A stretch of DNA of 64,000 nt, from the NCBI GenBank assembly GCA_950097015.1, contig CATNEN010000038.1:32860001-32924000 (forward strand). Direction: 5' to 3'. Both the position numbers and the translations under genes were made by a program. This document shows, piece after piece, positions 37,301 to 48,077 of the stretch. The stretch comes from Macrostomum hystrix. Its lineage: Eukaryota > Animalia > Platyhelminthes. Below the pieces are notes generated by a model. It was not told where the DNA came from and made no database searches. It saw nothing but the letters and a program-made list of their open reading frames with translations. Each line of letters starts with the position of its first letter. Position 1 is the first letter of the stretch.

Positions 37301-39881
37301 ATGACTGTCTGGATTCTAAGAAAACTGACGCAGATGCCATTCAGTTGTACCAGGAGCTCAGTCAATTGTGGGAGCGAGCTGGCATGCATGCCCGAAAGTG
37401 GATCTCTAACTCAAGAGAATTGCTTGCGCGTGTCGCCCCGGAGGATAGGGTCGCGGAGGTGAACCTGGATGGACAACCGTTGCCGGTTTCGAAGACGCTT
37501 GGAGTCGTCTGGAAAGGTGAAAACGATGAGTTCACCTTTGCTGCTGATGGCAAGTCGAGTCCAGTTAAGTCGAAGAGGGAGCTACTCAAGAGATTAGCGT
37601 CAGTTTACGATCCTCTCGGCCTCATTGCACCATTCACGGCACAGGCAAAAATTCTCCTTCAGGAGCTGTGGTGCAGCGGGCTTGACTGGGATGAAGCGCC
37701 GGATGAAGTCCTATAAAAGAGAATCCAAGCATGGTGCGACGACTTGGCGACTTTGAACTGCTTTCGAGTTGACCGTTGTCTGCAGCTCTCTATAGTGTGC
37801 CTACTCAGTCTCAGCTACACTGTTTCGTTGACGCTTCTGAAAAGGCCTACGGAGCGGTGTGCTATCTAAGATGCAAGTATGCCGACTTCTCAACATCCGT
37901 TCGTCTCATCGCGGCGAAGTCTCGAGTTGCACCCGTAGCAACCATGAGCATCCCGAGGCTGGAGCTAATGGCAGCAGTCGTTGGGCTTCATCTTACGGTC
38001 AAGATTGCCAAGGCGCTGGAGATCAACATCAAGGACGCAGTTTTCTGGTCCGACAGCATGAATGTCCTGTACTGGATTCGTGGCAGAGGCCGTTTCTTCA
38101 AGTCGTTCGTTGCGAATCGCGTCGGTGAAATCCAGCAGGCAACTGATCCGATTCAGTGGCGATACGTGCCGACAGCGTGCAATCCTGCGGATCTGCTGTC
38201 ACGAGGAGCCAAAATCAGTCAGCTGACCGAGGAGCAGACATGGAAGAGCGGTCCGGAGTTTCTGCATCAAGAGCAGTGCGCATGGCCAAGCACCGTGCTA
38301 GAGCGACCAGAGGGCCTAGAAACGCGGAATTCTAAGAAGAATTCAGTCGCGGCCGAGGTGGTCCTGAGTGCGAATCTTGTCAGCTGCGAGCAACGCAGAA
38401 CAATAGAACGGCTTGACCCGAGTAGGTTCTCAAGTTGGCTGCGCTTCTTGCGGTTGAATGCTTGGATCAGTCGGTTCGTCAACAACTGCCGTTTCGAACC
38501 ACAGCACCGAACTCGAGGAGAGCTACAACCGGCAGAGCTGGAGGATGCTGAGCTAAGAATCATCAAGGATGCTCAGCAAGATGCATTTAGTACGGAGCTT
38601 TCCGCTTTGAAGAAGAACAAGAGCGTTGTTGAGAGCAGCAAGCTGGCCGGCATGCATCCGAAAATCGATCCGAATGGCGTGATCCGCTCGGAGAGCCGAC
38701 TGCAGCGAGCCGAAGCACTGCCCTTTAGCACCCGATCGCCGATTATTTTGCCAAAGCACCATCCGGTGACAGAGCTGATCATCAAACACCACCACGAAAG
38801 AGCGTACCATGGCGGCACCAATCAAGTACTCGCAGCATTGACCGCGCGATTTTGGATTCCAGCAGGCCGTGAAGCCATTCGAGATTGGGAAGCTAAGTGT
38901 TCGGAGTGCAAGAGAAGAAGAGCCAAGCCAGCTTCGCAGTTAATGGCGCCATTGCCTCCAGATCGGCTAGAACCACTAAGAGCGTTCACGAAGGTGTCAG
39001 TGGATTTCGGCGGACCATTCCTGACGAAGCAGGGTCGAGGACGTGTTCGGCAGAAGCGTTACTTGACGCTCTTCACGTGCATGGCAACGCGTGCAGTCCA
39101 CTTGGAGATGGCGTACGGCCTTGATACGAGCAGTTTCCTTAATGCTCTATTTAGAATGATCAGCCGCCGAGGTCAGATTCAAGAAATATTTTCAGACAAT
39201 GGAACAAATTTCGTAGGAGCCGACAAAGAATTGAAAGCGCTGTGGAAGTCGGTGGACAAGAACGAATTGCAGTTGCGCACATGCCACATGCCGATCAAGT
39301 GGCATTTTAATCCACCTGCAGCTCCGCACTTCGGCGGTGTCCACGAGTCCATGATTAAGTCGGCAAAGAAAGCGATCAGTGCGATCCTGACAACAGCAGA
39401 AGTCAGCGATGAGGAGCTGGTGACAGCGTTTACGGGAGCTGAGTCGCTGTTGAACTCGCGGCCGTTGACATACCAGTCATCGCATCCGGGCGACGATCCT
39501 GTCCTGACGCCGGCGCATTTTCTGTACGGACACGTCGGCGGGCAGCTGGCACCGGAGATCGCAGCTGATGAGGCGTTCAATCCTACCAAGCGGTGGCGTT
39601 ACGTGCAGCAGCTGGTGAAGGCGTTCTGGCGTCGGTGGTTGCGAGAGTGGCTACCCGGCCTCGGAGCTAGGAGCAAGTGGCGGCGAGTGCAGCCCGACCT
39701 GAAGCCTGGCGATGTCGTTCTGTACGTCTGCCCTGACAGCCCGCGGGGACACTGGCCGCTGGCTCGAGTTCTGGAGGTGTACCCGGGCAGCGACGGCCAC
39801 GTGCGAGTAGCGAAGGTGCAAGTGGCGGATAGGATGCTGATCAGGCCTATCAACAAGCTGTGCCCATTGATAACTTATTGA
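34375..39881 (+). pseudogene. BEL/Pao gag-pol polyprotein broken by a premature TAA (37714-37716) and a frameshift near 37790
   Basis: CVVCKEPHELWKC, CFRCLGHGHSAMNC, LLDDAS, YYLPHFPV, YMDD, HCFVDAS, VDFGGP, SDNGTNF. Pao-like sequence continues past the stop (KRIQAWCDDLATLNCFRVDRC) and then switches frame. Confidence 0.92.
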
Positions 39882-40655
39882 ATTTGAGTGAACTAATGAC
39901 TGATCAATTTATGGACTGCAAACTTTTCGAGAGTTTTGTGTTGAAGTTAAAGTTACTGTTTGACTTTGTGAGGTAGTGTTTTTTCGAGTGTTTATTGTGT
40001 TCAGGGTTTAATGTGTCGGCCCATTGAGACATCTGCGCGTCCACGGCGAATTGTTAACAGGTTGTCGGTTTAAAATTTTGCGTTTTTCATTATCTTCGCC
40101 AAAGTTATATACGAAGTGTTTCAAGTGATTATGTTTCTACTCGTACTTTACTAAATTAGTGAGAGTTCAGTTGCTTTCAATTTGCTTGCAATTGTTAAAA
40201 AAAAATGAGTCATGCACTTTATTTGCTTAATTGCACTGTACTTTTCAGTAACAGTTTGGTGGCGGTGAATCTTTGTTTACAATTTTGCTCGTTTTTTCGC
40301 TTATTATTCATTTGCTTCAGTTTAATTAAATATTTGTCGTTTTCAATCAATGTAATTTAGCTTTCATTAAAAAATTTCTAACGTTTAGGCTATATTTTGC
40401 TTCCACTGCAACTAAATTTTGACGTTCTATGTTGACGCTAACTAGATTTCCCGTTTGCGGTTTTTTGTTTAGCTAAAGTTAAATTGTCCAATCTAATTGT
40501 TCCGGTGCCGTTGCAACGTATTTAGTCATTAGTGTTCACTTGCAACGGGCCTTGCTACACCTATCTAGCTTCCACTGCGCACGTATCAATGATTCTTGTA
40601 CTACAGTATTGAATGCAAGTCAGGTTTTGCCATAGACATGTCAAGGTGGGGAGTA

Positions 40656-40945
40656 TGGTTTAAAGAGTATGTTTCAATATATTATTATTTTTTATTATTT
40701 GAAATTTATTGCACGCGTACTCAATTTCTACCCCCCATGCGCTGAGTCATTTTCTCTCTGGCGGCAACTCATTCTTGGACTTCAGCATGTACGTTTATTT
40801 GCCCACCCCAATTAAATTGATTTAAATAGACTACTGGTCGTTAGCAGCGCTGAGAGTGACCGCGTCGTTTATAGCCTATAGTTTCAACGCTCAATTGACG
40901 GCCTACTTAGTTTCTTTTCAATAGTTGAGAACAAGCTCACAAACA
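40656..40945 (+). repeat. 3' LTR
   Basis: Copy of the 5' LTR, preceded by the purine tract AAGGTGGGGAGTA (40643-40655). Confidence 0.96.
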
Positions 40946-41057
40946 TGTGCAGTCCCCACCTGCTAGTGTGCCTGACACACAAGACCTGCACTGGCCCTTG
41001 GGTCTTGTGTCAAATTATTATTATTATTGTATAGCGATGTTCAGCAATGGTTCTCAC

Positions 41058-41226
41058 CGAACGGATCCGTCAAAGATCTCGGCCTGGGCTTCTCGGCGAA
41101 GCACTCAGGATTCTGCATCGAGAAGAACAGGCGGGGCAGCAGTTTGGCCAGCTCCTCCGTGCCATTCACCGACTCGCGACTGGACAGAATCGACGTGTCG
41201 TTTAACAAAGACTCGGCGGACTCGCA
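41058..41226 (-). CDS. SLC39A: ZIP exon 2 (PAL-motif-like ectodomain)
   Basis: CESAESLL..LAKLLPRLFFSMQNPEC resembles the LIV-1 C..PAL..Q...C domain. Acceptor GGCAG, donor GTGAGA. Confidence 0.8.
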
Positions 41227-41289
41227 CTGCCGTAATACGAATCGTTTGAGAAGTACTAAGAGTGAGTGCTTTGCTTGTAAATAGAAATA

Positions 41290-41800
<511 letters not shown>

Positions 41801-41825
41801 CATAAATGTGTTGAACTGCTCAAAC

Positions 41826-42140
41826 CTGTACTGCACTGCCCCATGGCTTGATCGAGTGCAGTCTGTCCCGAATCGTCTCAACGAACGCCTTCCTAGAGAC
41901 ATTCTTTCCAAACGAGATTAAGTCGTGCAGCTGTGCCCTACTCAGCGACGGCTGGTTATTAGGCTGCCGTGCAGCGCCGTACATGATCATGACAGCCTCT
42001 ATTAGGACTGAGTTGTTTAAACTACTCGGTAGCACATTGTTGTCACTATTATTATCTATGGCCGAATCTGCCGATGCAGCGAACGATGTTGATATTGTAA
42101 TTAGCAATCCGATGACTGATAGAAATGCCACTGCAGACAT
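41826..42140 (-). CDS. SLC39A: LIV-1/ZIP (SLC39) metal transporter exon 1 (signal peptide, ectodomain)
   Basis: Signal peptide MSAVAFLSVIGLLITISTSFAAS. Donor GTTTGA, phase 0 fits exon 2. Confidence 0.75.
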
Positions 42141-42501
42141 TTTCCGCTTAACCGATTTCTAGCTGATAAGTTCAATGACTAAATAATCTAATGCGAAATG
42201 CAATGCAGTTTTTACATGACAGCAATCCTGTTATATATAGTCTGTTCAAGTCTTGAGTACTTTGATCGGCAGAAAAAAAATTTCACCTTAGTCAGATAAG
42301 ACTCGTTTGCCCTTTATATCTACCCGTCTATTCGAGTTGCATTCTTTTAAATAGAATTTCTCAAGTGAATTTCGTAGAGTCTTCAAGTTTAACCAACAAA
42401 CCAATTCGGACTGGGCACAGGTAATCTTTAATTGAAAATATTCAGTGAAATCTTCACAGGAGCAAATGTTCCTGTCCTTATCTAATACCTGGCAGTGAAA
42501 G

Positions 42502-42532
<31 letters not shown>

Positions 42533-42717
42533 GAACTCTGTGTTTTACAGATTGGCAGCTTCCACTAAACCCTAATTGGCTATTATCGTTTTCTAGATTA
42601 TTTAAGCATGAAATCAAACTAGTCACATGCTTCAGCTCCAGTTTAATTTGAGCAGAACTGTCTGATAATACACGAAATACTGGTTAACAAATGGGCAACT
42701 CTTATTCCTTCAGCCAC

Positions 42718-43340
42718 AGTGCCTGAAGTCCCGAGGGACAGTGCCTGAATCTGGGTGACAGTGCCTGAATCTGAGGGACAGTGCCTGAATCTGGGTGACA
42801 GTGCCTGAATCTGGGTGACAGTGCCTGAATCTGAGGGACAGTGCCTGAATCTGGGTGACAGTGCCTGAATCTGGGTGACAGTGCCTGAATCTGGGTGACA
42901 GTGCCTGAATCTGGGTGACAGTACCTGAATCTGGGTGACAGTGCCTGAATCTGGGTGACAGTGCCTGAATCTGAGGGACAGTGCCTGAATCTGAGGGACA
43001 GTGCCTGAATCTGGGTGACAGTGCCTGAATCTGGGTGACAGTGCCTGAATCTGAAGGACAGTGCCTGAAGACCTGAGGGACAGTGCCTGAAGACCTGAGG
43101 GACAGTGCCTGAAGACCTGAGGGACAGTGCCTGAAGACCTGAGGGACAGTTCCTGAAGACCTGAGGGACAGTTCCTGAAGACCTGAGGGACAGTGCCTGA
43201 AGACCTGAGGGACAGTGCCTGAAGACCTGAGGGACAGTGCCTGAAGACCTAAGGGACAGTGCCTGAAGACCTGAGGGACAGTTCCTGAAGACCTGAGGGA
43301 CAGTGCCTGAAGACCTGAGGGACAGTGCCTGAAGACCTGA
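42718..43340. repeat. 20/21-bp minisatellite (GACAGTGCCTGAATCTGGGT then GACAGTGCCTGAAGACCTGAGG-type)
   Basis: Two sub-arrays that switch near 43065. Confidence 0.96.
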
Positions 43341-43961
43341 AGGATCTGCTGCCCCAACCGGATTCAAAGTAATATTTATCTTCTGTTTAATCTATTCGTC
43401 ATGACTGTACCTGCGAAGCGAATTGTTTTCCTGAAGTCCCACAAAACGAATAGGAAAATAGTCTTTAGCAGGCCATCAACAACGGTGACACGATGGTAAT
43501 GATTCTTTGCTCGGGCGAGCATGGAATCAGTTCCACAGTCGTCTCATTAACATTTCTGCCTGAATTAATATTTGCGCAAAAGCAAAGCAAAAAGAATAAA
43601 AAGGGAGACAAACAAAAGCGCAAATTGGGAGAAAATCTAAATCTGCCTAGAAAAATCTCCCTATCGCTTCAGATCCTCTTTTTTTCGACGACAGGCCAGT
43701 GTGGCACGCAAATTCTCAATCCTTGAGAGGATTCGAATGGATTATTAATAATGCGCCCCGATTCATCATCCAATCTGTCAGATTTTTTTCCAACCTGAGG
43801 GGTCTAAGCCTTTGCTAATTGTACTGCTCAGTAATTAGGGACTGAATGTTGTGCATACTTTTTGTTTTACACCTACATTTACATAGTTATGCATCTTACT
43901 TACTTCAATAGCTCATGGACTCAAGTACTGTGTTGCGCTTCTCAGCAGGTCGTACTTTTCA

Positions 43962-44210
43962 GCTCCCACTTATCTAATCTCACCAAGGTCTATTATCCCA
44001 CTATCTCATATCACTATGGTCTAATCTCCCACTATCTAATCTCACCGTGGTCTGATCTCCCACTATCTAATCTCACCGTGGTCTGATCTCCCACTATCTA
44101 TTCTCACCCTGGTCTATTATCCCACTATCTAATCTCACCTTGGTCTATTATCCCACTATCTAATCTCACCCTAGTCTAATCTCCCACTATCTCACTTCAC
44201 TCTGATCTAA
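43962..44210. repeat. ~30-bp minisatellite (CCCACTATCTAATCTCACCGTGGTCTGATC-type)
   Basis: About 8 degenerate units. Confidence 0.88.
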
Positions 44211-44374
44211 TCTACCTTTCTAATCTTTGTTTTTCTTTTTGTCGAAGCAAGCGAAACAAAACCCTAAGGATGCTCTTAAGTTCGTTCTAGCTCGCGACGA
44301 GCACATAATTAGTTTCTCTGCCTAACATTTTTCACGGGGACTCTGGCGCACTTGTCTCGACAGTCCTAAATCCA

Positions 44375-44388
44375 GTTGCCATGGCAAC
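44375..44388. promoter_or_regulatory. Palindromic RFX X-box
   Basis: GTTGCCATGGCAAC in a unique GC-richer island between the divergent ZIP and GUK genes. Confidence 0.7.
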
Positions 44389-44759
44389 CCCGGGGGGACA
44401 GAATGAGAGGAGTGCAAAATTGACCCAGAGGGAGGTGGGTGGGCGATTGTTCGAACGAATCCCGAGTCCAGGACACGAACCTGGGAGGAATCGGACAGGG
44501 GCAGAGGGAGAGATGTGTGGCAGATTAAGAGGCCGTGTGAGCCGGTCGATTTGTTAAGCGCAGGCTTCTAAAAATTTTTTCAGTGGCACTTTCTCCCGTT
44601 GTTGTCGAATTTCGTCATTGACAGATTTTGTCAAAGTGAAATCGAGGCCTGTAATAATTTAGAGTAATAAAATTATCAGGTAAAATTTTGCTTAACTTTG
44701 AGTTCTATGTTAAACTAGTTTTATCTGTTAGACAGGAGACAACTCAAACATATGAGCTA

Positions 44760-46388
44760 GTATGTTAGACACTCGAGTTACCTGTTAGATAATAAAGTCA
44801 CCTACCTGTTAGACACTCGAGCTACCTGTTAGATAATAAAGTCACCTACCTGTTAGACACTCGAGTTACCTGTTAGATAATAAAGTCACCTACCTGTTAG
44901 ACACTCGAGTTACCTGTTAGATAATAAAGTCACCTACCTGTTAGACACTAGAGTCACCTGTTAGACACTAGAGTCACCTGTTAGACACTAGAGTCACCTG
45001 TTAGACACTAGAGTCACCTGTTAGACACTAGAGTCATCTGTTAGACACTAGAGTCACCTGTTAGACACTAGAGTCATCTGTTAGACACTAGAGTCACCTG
45101 TTAGACACTAGAGTCACCTGTTAGACACTAGAGTCACCTACCTGTTAGACACTAGAGTCATCTGTTAGACACTAGAGTCACCTGTTAGACACTAGAGTCA
45201 TCTGTTAGACACTAGAGTCACCTACCTGTTAGACACTAGAGTCATCTGTTAGACACTAGAGTCACCTGTTAGACACTAGAGTCATCTGTTAGACACTAGA
45301 GTCACCTACCTGTTAGACACTAGAGTCATCTGTTAGACACTAGAGTCACCTGTTAGACACTAGAGTCACCTACCTGTTAGACACTAGAGTCACCTACCTG
45401 TTAGACACTAGAGTCACCTACCTGTTAGACACTAGAGTCATCTGTTAGACACTAGAGTCACCTGTTAGACACTAGAGTCACCTACCTGTTAGACACTAGA
45501 GTCACCTACCTGTTAGACACTAGAGTCACCTACCTGTTAGACACTAGAGTCACCTACCTGTTAGACACTAGAGTCACCTGTTAGACACTAGAGTCACCTG
45601 TTAGACACTAGAGTCACCTACCTGTTAGACACTAGAGTCACCTACCTGTTAGACACTAGAGTCACCTACCTGTTAGACACTAGAGTCACCTGTTAGACAC
45701 TAGAGTCACCTACCTGTTAGACACTAGAGTCACCTGTTAGACACTAGAGTCATCTGTTAGACACTAGAGTCACCTACCTGTTAGACACTAGAGTCATCTG
45801 TTAGACACTAGAGTCACCTGTTAGACACTAGAGTCATCTGTTAGACACTAGAGTCACCTACCTGTTAGACACTAGAGTCATCTGTTAGACACTAGAGTCA
45901 CCTGTTAGACACTAGAGTCACCTACCTGTTAGACACTAGAGTCACCTACCTGTTAGACACTAGAGTCACCTACCTGTTAGACACTAGAGTCACCTGTTAG
46001 ACACTAGAGTCACCTACCTGTTAGACACTAGAGTCACCTACCTGTTAGACACTAGAGTCACCAACCTGTTAGACACTAGAGTCATCTGTTAGACACTAGA
46101 GTCACCTACCTGTTAGACACTAGAGTCACCTGTTAGACACTAGAGTCATCTGTTAGACACTTGAGTCATCTGTTAGACACTAGAGTCACCTACCTGTTAG
46201 ACACTAGAGTCACCTACCTGTTAGACACTAGAGTCACCTGTTAGACACTAGAGTCACCTACCTGTTAGACACTAGAGTCACCTGTTAGACACTAGAGTCA
46301 CCTGTTAGACACTAGAGTCACCTGTTAGACACTAGAGTCACCTGTTAGACACTAGAATCACCTACCTGTTAGACTCTAGAGTCACCTT
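44760..46388. repeat. 20/24-bp minisatellite (CACCTGTTAGACACTAGAGT, with or without ACCT)
   Basis: Direct inspection. Confidence 0.97.
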
Positions 46389-46758
46389 TTGGGTATGAGT
46401 TGCATGTTAACCGATTTCAGTCGTTAAACTTGAATTTAACGATATGACAGCTAAGTTGAGATAAGAATCATTAATTCGAGTACTTATGTCTGTTATAAAT
46501 TATAATAAGTGCAAATCAGATAACGAATGATCCAACTAAAGTTAAGGTAGATTTCCTAAAAGTACACAGGTGGCACCTAACACGCAGAAATGCTCAGTTC
46601 GGGTGCATGATCACGAGAAGCTCTTTTGCAGTTCGAAATTAAACTTAAAATGGCGCCACTGCAGAGACCAAGGAGAGTTCAGTGCGAATGTGAATTCTGA
46701 ATGAATCGAATACACTGAAGTACCTGAAGTTTTCCATTTAGTTACCCCCCATTTACCC

Positions 46759-47396
46759 CTGAAGGACCTGAGGCTGTTGATTGTGACTCACTGAAGGACC
46801 TGAGGCTGTTGGTTGTGACTCACTGAAGGACCTGAGGCTGTTGATTGTGACTCACTGAAGGACCTGAGGCTGTTGATTGTGACTCACTGAAGGACCTGAG
46901 GCTGTTGATTGTGACTCACTGAAGGACCTGAGGCTGTTGATTGTGACTCACTGAAGGACCTGAGGCTGTTGATTGTGACTCACTGAAGGACCTGAGGCTG
47001 TTGATTGTGACTCACTGAAGGACCTGAGGCTGTTGATTGTGACTCACTGAAGGACCTGAGGCTGTTGATTGTGACTCACTGAAGGACCTGAGGCTGTTGA
47101 TTGTGACTCACTGAAGGACCTGAGGCTGTTGATTGTGACTCACTGAAGGACCTGAGGCTGTTGATTGTGACTCACTGAAGGACCTGAGGTTGTTGATTGT
47201 GACTCACTGAAGGACCTGAGGCTGTTGATTGTGACTCACTGAAGGACCTGAGGCTGTTGATTGTGACTCACTGAAGGACCTGAGGCTGTTGATTGTGACT
47301 CACTGAACGACCTGAGGTTGTTGATTGTGACTCACTGAAGGACCTGAGTTTGTTGATTGTGACTCACTGAACGACCTGAGGCTGTTGATTGTGACT
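46759..47396. repeat. 32-bp minisatellite (CTGAAGGACCTGAGGCTGTTGATTGTGACTCA)
   Basis: About 20 near-identical units. Confidence 0.97.
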
Positions 47397-47471
47397 AGGA
47401 AAATTTATTTTTATCTTTACTAGCTACAATGAAAGATTTTCATCACTTGCAGACTCCACTACTCAAAAGGC

Positions 47472-47580
47472 ATGACCCTCAGGCCAGTAGTATTGTGCGG
47501 ACCATCCGGCTCAGGCAAGTCGACCCTCATCAAGGCCCTGATGCAAAAATATGACGGCCTGTTTGCGTTCAGCGTGTCGC
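47472..47580 (+). CDS. GUK1: Guanylate kinase exon 1
   Basis: [17 protein letters not shown]-loop, FSVS. Donor GTGAGC. Confidence 0.95.
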
Positions 47581-47654
47581 GTGAGCTTTCTTGTCGCAGA
47601 AATTCATTTCTTAGAATTTTTCAGGATACAATTAAAATTGCTTCAACGTTGCAG

Positions 47655-47696
47655 ATACAACCCGACAGCCTCGACCCGGGGAAGTCGACGGAAAAG
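47655..47696 (+). CDS. GUK1: Guanylate kinase exon 2
   Basis: (H)[13 protein letters not shown](D), the GK signature. 42 nt, phase 1/1. Confidence 0.93.
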
Positions 47697-47792
47697 GTTC
47701 GGTAACTGAAACATTAATTTTGGATAGGATATCATCACCCAATTACGAGTATTACTAATACTAATATTATTTTTTTATTGAATTACTGGCAG

Positions 47793-48031
47793 ATTATTTC
47801 TTCACTGACCGGGCCACAATGCTGTCGATGATATCAAGAGGCGATTTCATAGAAAGTGCCGAATTCTCGGGCAACTTCTATGGCACAAGCCAGGCGGCCG
47901 TGGCAGCTGTGGCCGAGGCTGGCAAAATCTGCCTCCTAGACGTTGACACTCAGGGTGTCAAGACGTTGAAGCGACAGTCGGAGCTTCACCCGAAGTACGT
48001 CTTCATCATGCCACCATCTGTGGAAGTACTG
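47793..48031 (+). CDS. GUK1: Guanylate kinase exon 3; the rest of the gene lies beyond the window
   Basis: DYFF..FIESAEFSGNFYGTS..ICLLDVDTQGV..YVFIMPPSVEVL. Donor GTAAAT. Confidence 0.95.
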
Positions 48032-48077
48032 GTAAATAGAAAATTTGAAAATAGTTTTTTCATGCAAGTAGTGGGTT

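Larger units (their letters stand above)
34001..40945 (+). mobile_element. Full-length BEL/Pao LTR retrotransposon
   Basis: Two 290-bp TG..CA LTRs, 5-bp TSD TGTGC (33996-34000 and 40946-40950), PBS, PPT, and gag-pol with three Zn knuckles, protease, RT, RNase H and integrase in BEL order. Confidence 0.97.
33683..41028 (+). mobile_element. tRNA-derived SINE (family B), split by the BEL element into 33683-34000 and 40951-41028
   Basis: A box TAGCTCAGTCAG, B box GGTTCGACTCC, CORE-like middle, 3' stem-loop ACACAAGACC/GGTCTTGTGT and (TTA)n tail after the 3' LTR. Confidence 0.8.

Noticed and set aside
39882-40642. Possible env gene in the BEL element
   Set aside because: AT-rich with no ORF in the track; treated as 3' untranslated region.
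43065-43340. Hammerhead-like CTGAAGA..GACA in the 21-bp repeat, and CGATGAGCGAAAC near 22092
   Set aside because: The catalytic core is incomplete (GACA instead of GAAA; no CTGA) and stems I and III could not be built.
42288-43800. Short ORFs and exon-like segments upstream of ZIP (for example minus strand 43410-43559)
   Set aside because: Splice-like boundaries are present but all frames close and no protein family is recognisable; possibly 5' UTR exons, not supportable without RNA data.
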